DNA of 56,232 nucleotides from a virus (Duplodnaviria; Caudoviricetes): IMG/VR virus record IMGVR_UViG_3300028027_000068, positions 1 to 56,232 of that record; one strand, 5' to 3'. Shown piece by piece: positions 28,515 to 38,200 of this stretch (position 1 is its first letter; each line of letters starts with the position of its first letter). The notes under the pieces were generated by a model. It saw only the letters and a program-made list of their open reading frames with translations, ran no database searches and was not told where the DNA came from. The position numbers and the translations under genes were made by a program.

Positions 28515-30586
28515 GGTTTTTTACGCGGTCTAAAGAAGCCCTTTGGAAAATCTTTTGTAGAGCGCATTCTGCTTACGATTGCGCTTTCTTGCTTGTTTAG
28601 ATTCGGTGGTCTTTTTGATACAGAGCTAGATTTAAACGAATTATTGTTTAGCTTAGCTAGGTCTGTTTGAATCGCCTCAAACTCTCTAAAATCAACCTTT
28701 TTTGCCTTGGCTGGTTTGGATATTGTCAGGCCACGAGGAAGTCCAATGCTTCCACTTAGGCCTGAACCTCCGGTCGGTTTGTTTTTTGTATTTTGGATAT
28801 CGTCCCAAAATGACTGAACATCAGAAAGCTTGTCTTGAAGCATTGATATTTGGTCGTTCTGAAATTCGTACGCCCTATCTGTTGCCGTAGAAATGTCATG
28901 ACCATGATTAATGTCTTCAGCAAGCTGTTCAAATAGTGGTGATGTTTCAAAAAACCAATTGCGCATGCGGTCAGCAAAATCTCCGTCATTTTCGCCGTCT
29001 TTGCGTTCAGGCATAGTTTCAAATAATGACGAAGCTAAACGCCATCTCTCTACCTGCTTCTTGCGCATCATTTGATATTCGTTAGATGTCCGCTTTTTTA
29101 TGTTTTTTGCCTCATCTAAAGCTGCGTTTAAACGACGCTTTAGGTCTTTGACGTCTTTGGCATTTTGCATTTTTTCGATAAGGCGTTCAACGGAAGCATT
29201 GTTCGCTCTTTCTCTTGCGGCCGAACGAGCTGCTCTTTCTGCTGCTTGCGATTGTTGTTTTGAAACGCCGGCCTCAGTAGCCCCCATCCGGCTCATGTCT
29301 CTAACTAGGCTCCAGTGATAGTCGGGGTAGTCGGGGGCAATCTCTCTGAACCCCTCACCGTTCTTTACTCGAGTCCATATCTGAGCGCGCTCAGCTTTAG
29401 ATTTTCCACTTGTGCCGAGTTTGTCGTCGTGCAGTGCTTGGCGGGCTTTTAGCTCTTCGTCAGTAAGTTCCCAGTCTTCTTTTTGTTGAGGCGTCAGGTT
29501 AGCCTGACGAAGCAACTTGTCCCAGTTGATTTGGTCTTTTCTATCGCCAGAAACTTCCCATGGAATAGGTGCGTATCTTTCAGCCTGTCCGTCCGATTCA
29601 TTGTCCGCCCATTCGCGCTCTTCATAATCACGCGCTGCAGGGTTGAAGGGATGGTCTTTCAACCAGGCCTGAATAGCTTCGATATCTCTTCTATCTTTTG
29701 CACCATTGGGGTCCTGTGCGTCATCTAGTAATTGCTGAAGTTCATTATCTAGGTCATCGGCACTAACTATAGAATCAGCTAGTTCGTCAAGAACCTGGTC
29801 TTGCAAGTCGTTAATCTCCGTCAGGTCTTCTGGGGAGAGTATATCTTCACCAAAGTTTTCATCGTCCTTATTGAACCGGTTGTCATCAGGGATACCAATG
29901 CCTCCAGCAAGTCTTCCGCGAGGGCTATTTCTTTTTTTGTTAAGACGTGCATTGTAGGCGTCTGTGACTTTTTGAGCCGCTGCGCGAGTGCGTTCGTCCA
30001 TTCTTTTTGAACTTTGAGAAACAACACTGACGGCATCCAGGAGGTCTTCCATCTCCATGTCGTTTATCCCAAATTCGTCAATTTTTCCATCTACCAACAT
30101 TTGTGCATGGTATTCCATTGAAGAAATTTCTTGATTAAACCTTCTCATCTGTGCCGGTTTTTCCGCGTATAGAGAGTCTCCGCGCCTCTTTTCAACACGC
30201 AAACGAGCAATCAGGTCGCTGCCGGCTTTCTTTTCATCGGTTCTTAGACCCATGGCTCCGCCGACAACAGCCCTCTGTGGGACTTTAGGCTTCTGAGGTA
30301 TTTCGCTTGGCTTGGATGGGGTTGATGGGCGGCTTGGGGTAGAAGGCTTGATTGGGACTTCTTCTGGCCGAGGAACCTGAATAGGTTTTACCTTTGGCAT
30401 ATTTTGAGGACCTGCAGGACGCTCAAAATTGCTTCCTTCCTGTACGGTGCCGTCGTTGTCACCATCTATGGCGTTGGGGTCGAATCTTTCAACGCGCTTT
30501 CCAATACGTCCACGGCCGAGAACTTTCTCTTCCTGGTCCGTAAAAATAATTCGCTTAATATTGGAGGCTGAATTTTGTTCGCTCAT
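28502..30586 (-). CDS. FDP-tagged, largely helical hypothetical head-associated protein
   Basis: RFDPNAIDGDNDGTVQEGSNFERP tag and Pro-rich segment shared with the prohead protease. Confidence 0.75.
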   Translation of the reverse strand: MSEQNSASNIKRIIFTDQEEKVLGRGRIGKRVERFDPNAIDGDNDGTVQEGSNFERPAGPQNMPKVKPIQVPRPEEVPIKPSTPSRPSTPSKPSEIPQKPKVPQRAVVGGAMGLRTDEKKAGSDLIARLRVEKRRGDSLYAEKPAQMRRFNQEISSMEYHAQMLVDGKIDEFGINDMEMEDLLDAVSVVSQSSKRMDERTRAAAQKVTDAYNARLNKKRNSPRGRLAGGIGIPDDNRFNKDDENFGEDILSPEDLTEINDLQDQVLDELADSIVSADDLDNELQQLLDDAQDPNGAKDRRDIEAIQAWLKDHPFNPAARDYEEREWADNESDGQAERYAPIPWEVSGDRKDQINWDKLLRQANLTPQQKEDWELTDEELKARQALHDDKLGTSGKSKAERAQIWTRVKNGEGFREIAPDYPDYHWSLVRDMSRMGATEAGVSKQQSQAAERAARSAARERANNASVERLIEKMQNAKDVKDLKRRLNAALDEAKNIKKRTSNEYQMMRKKQVERWRLASSLFETMPERKDGENDGDFADRMRNWFFETSPLFEQLAEDINHGHDISTATDRAYEFQNDQISMLQDKLSDVQSFWDDIQNTKNKPTGGSGLSGSIGLPRGLTISKPAKAKKVDFREFEAIQTDLAKLNNNSFKSSSVSKRPPNLNKQESAIVSRMRSTKDFPKGFFRPRKKPKKA

Positions 30587-30629
30587 CAATAGCCTTTCGT
30601 TGTATATAAGTTTAGTAAACAGCAGTCAA

Positions 30630-31259
30630 CTAAAATGTATGTCTAATCACTTTTGCACCAGCTTTACGCGGATGACCGGTCGGAAGCATCGAAATATCCG
30701 ATATATATTTTAGGTTTTTAGGACTAGCCCCAGCAAGTACCGAGAGAAAAAGGTTAACTCTCCTCATCGCAGCCTTGGAGCCGTTGGCTTTTTCCTTATC
30801 CCAGATAGAGGACAAAACCGAAACTGAAGCCATATATTCTTGTCCTTTGCCGGTTAGTTCCATTTCTTTGTTGTGATTTCTGACTTTTGCCAAAATGAAT
30901 CTGTTGTCTTCCTTTTTAGCACTTTTAGTATCTACCATTTTAGAAACAATTCTAGAATTTGGTTTTGCAGTCTGCGCTCTGGTGGTTTTTTTGATAACCC
31001 TCTTGATGAATTCTCGTTCTTTTTTGTCTCTGTCTTTTTTTGCCTGGGGTCCAACCCCCATAGAGCGTCGGAAGTCGGACTCGTTTGTGCACGGCATCCA
31101 AGCTTCGCCACCGTCTATGGTTTGATACCTACGTATACCTATGCATCCGAGCTGCCTAGAGCGTACTCGTGCCGAATCTGGGCTTACATAAACGTCAGGG
31201 TCGGTCGTTCTTATTTTTCTTGGGCCGAATACGGCTTTTTCATCAAACATCTGGACCAC
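30630..31259 (-). CDS. Head-module hypothetical protein with GC.G...WMPC motif
   Basis: LGCIG...WMPC; C-terminal RVNLFL...LPTGHP. Confidence 0.65.
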   Translation of the reverse strand: MVQMFDEKAVFGPRKIRTTDPDVYVSPDSARVRSRQLGCIGIRRYQTIDGGEAWMPCTNESDFRRSMGVGPQAKKDRDKKEREFIKRVIKKTTRAQTAKPNSRIVSKMVDTKSAKKEDNRFILAKVRNHNKEMELTGKGQEYMASVSVLSSIWDKEKANGSKAAMRRVNLFLSVLAGASPKNLKYISDISMLPTGHPRKAGAKVIRHTF

Positions 31260-34200
31260 CAGCTTCTATTGTTTTAGGGCGTTCTTTTGTTGGTAGCGCA
31301 TTGTATATTTCATCAATATTAAAAAACTTATTATCTGCTTCTGCAATCTTTTTTAGCACTATGCGTAGCTGTCTGACTTGGTCATCACTCATGTTTAACG
31401 ATAATCCATTGTCGTCAGTTGGGATGGCTTCAACAGAATTAAATATTGAAATAGCTTTCATTAATTCTCTGTACTCAGAAGTTGATATCTGTACGTCTCG
31501 GCTTTTCACCTTTTCAAAATACTCAGTTAGGTCATCTGCAAATATGTACCAGTCATCAACGTTTAACTCAGGTATGAATCTATTTCTAGGTTCAGAAGAT
31601 GAAGATATTGACGCGCGTCCTGAGCCTCTTGGTCCACGTGGTGGTGCGGCCATGCCGCCCCTAAGACCCTTGGGTTTTTTAGGACTAGTTTTAGGTAGTG
31701 CAAACTCTGCTTGCATTTTTCGAGCATGCCGTCTTGTTCCGGGAGTTACGTTGTTAAACGGAACGTCAGGGTTATCCCAATAATTGGATTTACCAATTCT
31801 TCTTCTAAGGCCGTCGTCGGCACGTAGTGAAGCTACTAGCTGTGAAAAGGATTTGTATTCTTGGTCTAGGCCAAAAATTTGAAGCGAACGCGCGACCTTA
31901 TATAACCGCGCACCATAAGCTTGGTCCCATGGGTCTTGACCCTTGTCCCATGCAAGACTGTCCAGCCAATCGCCTTTAGCTAAGTCCCAGCCCATTGCCT
32001 CGGCATAAATAGAAGCCATTTCGCGAAGATTGTCCATGTATTTTTTATCAGCTTTTAGAGCATCGATGTTGCTGCCGGCGACGCTGTAGCCATCTCCGTA
32101 TGCAGCGCTTCCTCTGTCTATTGGAAATGCCCACCAGTCATAATGGGCATTGTGAAGGTCTTTCCATCTTCCTTCAGTTTTCCATTTTCTGAACATTTCA
32201 AGCTGTTCCTGTTGTTTATCACGCATTTTTGCATGACCATAAAATTGAATTTTATTGATTCTTCTGCTTGGCTTATCTTTGTTTTTGCGCCATCCAAATA
32301 TTGTGCGTTTAGATTTTTTCTTACCTGCAATTTGTGCAGGAAGAGGTCTGTCCCATGGCTCGTCAAATAGTGACGGCTGAGCATCTTCTTGACTAAAACC
32401 CGAAGCCGGATTGTAGTCTCTCCAAAAATCGTATTCATCAGGGTCGGTATTTTTTAGATGTTCTAAATAATCCTTCCAATCTTTATCTGATTCATTTAAG
32501 TCATCAAGCGCGTAGTCAAAATCATCTTCCGATTCATAGTCCATGTATGCAACTTCAATATCAAGAAGGTCGTCAATGAGGCGGTCGCGTTCTTCTTTAG
32601 ATAGGTCAAGACTAAACATGCGTGTTGCTATGTCTCTGACTTCTTGTCCCTTATCGCTCTCCCACGCAGCGGGCCCCATCTTTTCCTTGAGGTAGTCAAC
32701 ATATTCGCCAACTTCTGAGTCGTCATCCATCAACCCCATTGAGCCTGAAAGCTTGCGGCCGCTTGGACGTGAAGAAACTGAGCCGACAATTCCCTGCTTA
32801 CGACCTTTTTTCTTCATGCTGTCAGCTATATCTTTACGAATCTTTGCTTCCAGTTTTTGTGTAGCTTCGCGGAGCATGTCGTCGAACTCACGCTCTGTCA
32901 TGTCAAACTTTTTTGCTGTGTCTGCGGAAGAATGAGTAGACCTGTGGATAAACATTTCTTCTATTCGTTTATCAAAAAATCCCGGATTGCGTGTTATTAC
33001 TTTTGCTAAATCAAATCCTAGATTTTCCACTTTTCTTACGCCTAGTGGTCCTGTTCCTTCTGGGATGTAATGCTTGTTGGGGCTGCCCAAACCAGTAAAT
33101 AGTTTTTCCCCAGCTTCTTTTCGTTTTTCGTTAATGCGGCGGATTAGCTCTTGGTTTCTAAAACGAGAAGCTCGTGTGAGTATGTCGAATTTTCTAGACA
33201 ATTCAGCATCGTTCTCAAAAGCCATAGAAAGCCACGCGGCGTGTCCAAATCCAATTCTATGCTTTCCGCTTGCCAGGTCTTCTATCGAAACCCACTCAGC
33301 ACCTGCTGCGTCACTAGCCGCCACGGCTTCAGTGTCTGTAGGAACATCAAACCTTGTAGCACCAACATGAACGCCTTCAACAAATCTTGGGTCCCAGTCT
33401 CTTGCTTTTATTTCTCCCAAAAATCTTCTACTATCGGCTTTAGACGCTGCAATTCCAACTTCTTCTTCCATCTCTCTGTCTACTGTTTGCTCAAGCGTTT
33501 CTCCAGCATCAAGAAGGCCACCGGGGAGTGTGTAGCCATCAGTGAAAGGAGCAGTTTTACGCCTAATCATTAGTACTTTAAATTTGCCGTCTTTGTCTTT
33601 TTTAACAATTACAGCATCGCCAGCCTGTTGGACTTTGGTTTTTGCAAAAGACCAGCTATTTGAAGACCATTCAACATCGTTGTCAAAGTCAGAATCGTCA
33701 AGTATTGCGTCGAGACTAACCCCTGCTGCTTCGGCTTCTTTGGTCAGTGAATCTGGAACCAAAGACTTGGGCTTGTCGCCTGATGACATTGCTCCGTCAA
33801 TACCCCTCCGTTTTTGACGACGAGTAAGATTTCGTGGATTATCAGGAACATCTGCGGGCTTTGTTTCATCTGGAAAGTAGCCAGGAAATTTTTTGTTTAT
33901 TTCATCACGCAACTGTGGCTTGAGTTCGTCTTTAATATCAAGTAGGTCCGCAAATTCTTCAATAGAAAGTTTTTTTGCGTCATTCTGAGTAGCGGCCGCA
34001 TATCTAACTGCTTCGTCCAGGACTTCCGCATTTAGCTGTTCAGAAGAAGGCTCCAATCTAAAACCTGCAACAGGTTTTGGCTTTGCTCCCTTTTTAGGAA
34101 TAGGAAGACCCCGCCGACGAAGTTCCGCCTCCATGTTTTTAAACCCGCGACCACCCCCTCCTGTGCCGCCGGTTGTCACTATCGCAACCGATGGGTCTGG

Positions 34201-34509
34201 ATGAATATATTGAATATGTCCATTTGGTGTTTTTAGTACTGTCCACCCATTTTCGTTAGCTACTCGAGCCCAGAGGCGATGTTCTGGTTCTGAACCTCTT
34301 ACGGCTGCCATCGCTTCATCAAGCCTTTGAGAGCCAGGCTTTGGTCTGTCGCCACCCATGGAGCCGGTGACTCGCCTAGCGCGAGGAGCAGCAGGACGCT
34401 CGAATTGGGTTGTTTCTTGGACTACGCCATCATTGTCGCCATCTATTGCGTTAGGGTCAAATCTATCAAGACGCCCAATTCTTCTTGATATACGGTTGTT
34501 TATAGGCAT
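31243..34509 (-). CDS. Polyvalent protein: FDP tag, HicA-like, Nudix hydrolase, OGFr-like domain
   Basis: GWTVLKTPNGHIQYIHP; Nudix box GGLLDAGETLEQTVDREMEEEVG with RDWDPR; HNAHYDWWAFPID. Confidence 0.8.
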   Translation of the reverse strand: MPINNRISRRIGRLDRFDPNAIDGDNDGVVQETTQFERPAAPRARRVTGSMGGDRPKPGSQRLDEAMAAVRGSEPEHRLWARVANENGWTVLKTPNGHIQYIHPDPSVAIVTTGGTGGGGRGFKNMEAELRRRGLPIPKKGAKPKPVAGFRLEPSSEQLNAEVLDEAVRYAAATQNDAKKLSIEEFADLLDIKDELKPQLRDEINKKFPGYFPDETKPADVPDNPRNLTRRQKRRGIDGAMSSGDKPKSLVPDSLTKEAEAAGVSLDAILDDSDFDNDVEWSSNSWSFAKTKVQQAGDAVIVKKDKDGKFKVLMIRRKTAPFTDGYTLPGGLLDAGETLEQTVDREMEEEVGIAASKADSRRFLGEIKARDWDPRFVEGVHVGATRFDVPTDTEAVAASDAAGAEWVSIEDLASGKHRIGFGHAAWLSMAFENDAELSRKFDILTRASRFRNQELIRRINEKRKEAGEKLFTGLGSPNKHYIPEGTGPLGVRKVENLGFDLAKVITRNPGFFDKRIEEMFIHRSTHSSADTAKKFDMTEREFDDMLREATQKLEAKIRKDIADSMKKKGRKQGIVGSVSSRPSGRKLSGSMGLMDDDSEVGEYVDYLKEKMGPAAWESDKGQEVRDIATRMFSLDLSKEERDRLIDDLLDIEVAYMDYESEDDFDYALDDLNESDKDWKDYLEHLKNTDPDEYDFWRDYNPASGFSQEDAQPSLFDEPWDRPLPAQIAGKKKSKRTIFGWRKNKDKPSRRINKIQFYGHAKMRDKQQEQLEMFRKWKTEGRWKDLHNAHYDWWAFPIDRGSAAYGDGYSVAGSNIDALKADKKYMDNLREMASIYAEAMGWDLAKGDWLDSLAWDKGQDPWDQAYGARLYKVARSLQIFGLDQEYKSFSQLVASLRADDGLRRRIGKSNYWDNPDVPFNNVTPGTRRHARKMQAEFALPKTSPKKPKGLRGGMAAPPRGPRGSGRASISSSSEPRNRFIPELNVDDWYIFADDLTEYFEKVKSRDVQISTSEYRELMKAISIFNSVEAIPTDDNGLSLNMSDDQVRQLRIVLKKIAEADNKFFNIDEIYNALPTKERPKTIEAGGPDV

Positions 34510-34830
34510 TTAAAACAGAGCTCCTTCAGAGCCTGGAGACATAGATGACAGCGACCCGTCTGGCATTGTTTCTATTCCTGCAACACCGCGCTCGCGAAGC
34601 TTCTCAAACTTGCTTCCTGTTATCTTGCGCTTACCACGTCGTTTTTGAGACATTCTCCGAATCGATTCAAATTCATGAGTAGCAGCCTTTTTCTTTGGTT
34701 CTGCCTCCATGGATACACGCTGCAGTATTTCATGAGAAGAACAAGGCATCCAGTCACCATCTTTGTCCTGATGCGCGCCAGAGCAACCGATAAATGAGGA
34801 TATTTTTAGCGCTTCTTCTCTCGTAGACAT
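34510..34830 (-). CDS. Head-module hypothetical protein with IGCSGAH...WMPC motif
   Basis: Motif shared with 30630-31259. Confidence 0.65.
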   Translation of the reverse strand: MSTREEALKISSFIGCSGAHQDKDGDWMPCSSHEILQRVSMEAEPKKKAATHEFESIRRMSQKRRGKRKITGSKFEKLRERGVAGIETMPDGSLSSMSPGSEGALF

Positions 34831-34832
34831 GT

Positions 34833-35210
34833 TTACCCTAGTAAGTAAAGATTAGAAAAATCATTAATTGTTACGTTGTTAGATTTAATAGCTATATATG
34901 CCTTGGCTGCCTCTGCTGGAGACTCGTATTTATCTTTGGCTTTCTGGGCGTCTGTAATTTGTTTTTCAAATTTCTTTTTTATTTTTCCAAACAGATTTTC
35001 ATCGTACTTATTATAAGTTTTTATCTTTTGGTGCGCTGTAAGCAATTCATCAACAAAAGCATTGTGATGTATTTTTAAATTAAGGGGTGGGAAATCTATC
35101 AACTCTTCTAATGCTAAATAGTCTTGAACTAACTCAGCTTGAGCATTGTATTCGTTAATCAGTTTGGCCTGCTCTTCGAATTCTTTTGTTTCTTCTTTTG
35201 TAGTTTCCAT
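34833..35210 (-). CDS. Hypothetical protein (possible immunity/partner)
   Basis: 125 aa, AT-rich, immediately after the 1513 aa gene. Confidence 0.6.
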   Translation of the reverse strand: METTKEETKEFEEQAKLINEYNAQAELVQDYLALEELIDFPPLNLKIHHNAFVDELLTAHQKIKTYNKYDENLFGKIKKKFEKQITDAQKAKDKYESPAEAAKAYIAIKSNNVTINDFSNLYLLG

Positions 35211-35212
35211 GT

Positions 35213-38200
35213 TTACAACCTTGATAGCCTTGATGCTTCATCGTACGTTGCCGTATTGTCAAGGACGGCAAGAGCGGTTCTGTTTAACCACATTATCTGA
35301 TTGCCGCCAAAATCTTTTGGAGTGTGTTGTGGCCAATCTGACTGTTCAGCTGAACCAGTTAGCCATGACGGAGTTTGAGAGAAATAACCGTCATATCCGG
35401 CAAAGAGGGCAATCTGCGCTTCGTCCATCTTGTATATCCCAGTCTGCATGTTCACCAATCTCTTGTTCCAAGCAATGTCAGCTTCCGAAGTTGGATTGTC
35501 GATTTTCGCCATTTCAAGCTGTAACCAATGTTCTGCCAGTGTAAATACAAGCGCCCGAGCTTCGTTCGCAAGCGGCGAGCCGGCGGTGTAGCTAGTTGAA
35601 TATCTTCCTGTATTAGAAAAGTCTATTGCACTTTTCAGCGTGTCTGTCAGTGCCATTAATTCATCAATATCTACAGCATCAGCGCTGGTTGGAGTAAACG
35701 ATGCCATCGACACTTGTCGCGCTTCCGCCATCTGTGTTAGTAACTTCTGAAGATTTGACTCAACCGCACCTAAGAACTGTCTGTCAGCAATACGTGAATC
35801 AGCAGACACGAGGGCAACTATTCCGGATGGTCCGTATCCAGAGTATCCACTTCCTCCTGCGAAGTTGTCACCACGTCCTCCGGCACTGCTTCCTTGGCCA
35901 ATCGGGAACCTTGGTCCCTCTCTGTACTCTGCAACCATGGACGCTGGTGATTTTCCTGGCTCACTAGAGTTGGTATTGAGGTACCTGGTCATCATGAACC
36001 ATCTAGGCTTACCGGATTCGTCTTTTTCAACAAGCATTTGTTCTGCTTCTGCTGTTGATACCTGAACAGGAGGGTCGTTGTATCCATTTAATTCGAGTGC
36101 CATATAGAGCTCTGCAATACTCTGGTTCATGCCACCGGCCCAGTTGACTACTCGACCATCAGGAAGCGTCGATGTCAAATAAGCGTCCTGGACTTGGTCA
36201 AGATAATCAATTTCGTCATCTGAAAGAAGGGGAACAGCCTGAGCTGTGTCAAGCAGGTTTATTTCAGAGAAGAGCTGAGGAGATTTGTGCTCTTCCATTA
36301 TCGTGCGTATTGAGTCGCCGTCTCTGACGACTCCAGCTTGTGGCCTTAGTGCTTCTACTTGAAGTTTTCCTCCAACCTTGAGTTCTCCGGCGGCCCTACG
36401 TTCAGCACGTTCGCGCTGCTTATTTGCCGAATCAACGCCGCGCCTATAGGTGGCTCTCGTTCTTCTTGTAACAGCAGCACTGATTTTGTCGTCTGTAAAA
36501 TACTTGTCGGCCATCCGCTCCAAAGCGTCAATTTCAAAACCTAGTTGTGCCATTCTTCTTGTGGATACTGCGCTTTGCTTATTTCCAGGCGTTCTGAATC
36601 TAGCTATAAGCTGAGTCATCTCCTGCTGTGCGCTTTGTGCTCTTTCTTGAAGCGCGTCGAAGGCAGTTATATAGTCGTTGTCATCGCCGGTAGCTATTGC
36701 TTTAATTAGGAGTAGGCCGACCTGTCTGGATGGTGGGGCATTATATCTCCAGCTATTACCAGTAAAGGCTCTCCAAGTACTTGAGTAACCAGTTCCTGGA
36801 TGTTGCCATTTGTTCCAGCCTTCAAATGGGCTTGCAGAAATAGGGAAATCCAACATTATTTCAGGAAGAATGTCAGCAACAGTAATTTCTTCAACTTTAA
36901 GATTAATTAGTTTTGAGGTAGCCGAATCAATATCGAAACCTAACGCGTCATACTGGTCGTCAGTAATTGGCTTATCTCCATAACCTGGTTTAAGAAATTT
37001 CTGAAGAGCAAACAGTAAATCCCTAAGCTCCGACGCGGCAGGCGTATCTACGATAGGCGTATCTAGTGTTACGTCTTCCTGGCCAGTAACTGCAGAAATA
37101 TAATCTCTTATTGTCTGGAATCCGCCTAATGTTTCAGCATGTCCTGCAACGTCTGCCGGGAACTGCTTAACAGATTCGGTCCATGAGTCCCAAGCTTTGT
37201 CTGAAACCCCCGGAAATATTTCTCTATTCTGGCCCTTTGTTGCATCGCGCTTTGATGGGTATTTGATTAGCGGGGTTTTACTTACCTTGGGATATGTGAT
37301 TCTCGGAATAGCTTCAGCGGGATTGTCTACTTCAATATTGTCTGAAAAGTCAACAAACCTATTGTCTTCTGGGTTGAGGAAAAGAGGATTAGCTCCTGGG
37401 ACATCAATCTTTACTAGGCCTGAAGTATCTTGCCCCATCCATGTTGAGCCGGCAGGCTGAACTCCAGGGATAGTCAGGTCTCTGTTTTTTGGAGTTGCTG
37501 GCTTGGATGGAGGTACTGGAGTTGGCTTTTTCGGCGGAGGAGTTGGGGTTATCGGCGTACGCGGTCTTACGTTTACTGGGGTTGGAGTTGGAGGAGCTAC
37601 TGGTGTAGGGGGAGGAGTGGGTGGAGTAGGGGGAGTAGGAGGAGTAGGAGGGGCTGCTGGCGGAGTTGGAGGCGCAGGCGGGGACGATGGTGGAGTAGGA
37701 GGCGCTGGCGGATTAGGAGGATTAGATGGAGGCGCTGGAGGGGTCGCTGGTGGGTTCTTCTTGCCACGTGTTCTTTTTGGCGGAGGCGTCACTCCGGCAG
37801 CAATGAGTATTCTGTCCCTCTTTGCGGGTTTAAGGTCGTCAACCTTTGAGTAATCACCGCTGTTAACTATTTCAGCAAGAACTTCAAAGTTGTGGGCATC
37901 GTTATTCCACTGACCCTGCATCCATCCGTCAATAATTCCTGAGTTTTGATTAGCTTCAGCTACTTCGTCCATGTCGAGATTGCCAGGGGTGGATTTAAAC
38001 GTGCGAGGATTTTTCTTGCTTATTCTGCCCAACTTGCTGCGTCTATCTATGTACTGAAGAGTGCGCTTTTCCCACGTATCGTAAAGGGCTTCGTATGCTT
38101 CCTGTACGGCGGCCTTGACATCATCCTGTTGCTGTTGTGTGAGTGTGGACATGTCAGGCATCATTGCCTTGTCGCGATTCTTAGCAAAGAATTTTGAAGT

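Noticed and set aside
37503-37853. Gly-rich ORF on the plus strand
   Set aside because: Antisense shadow of the Pro-rich stalk of the 1513 aa gene
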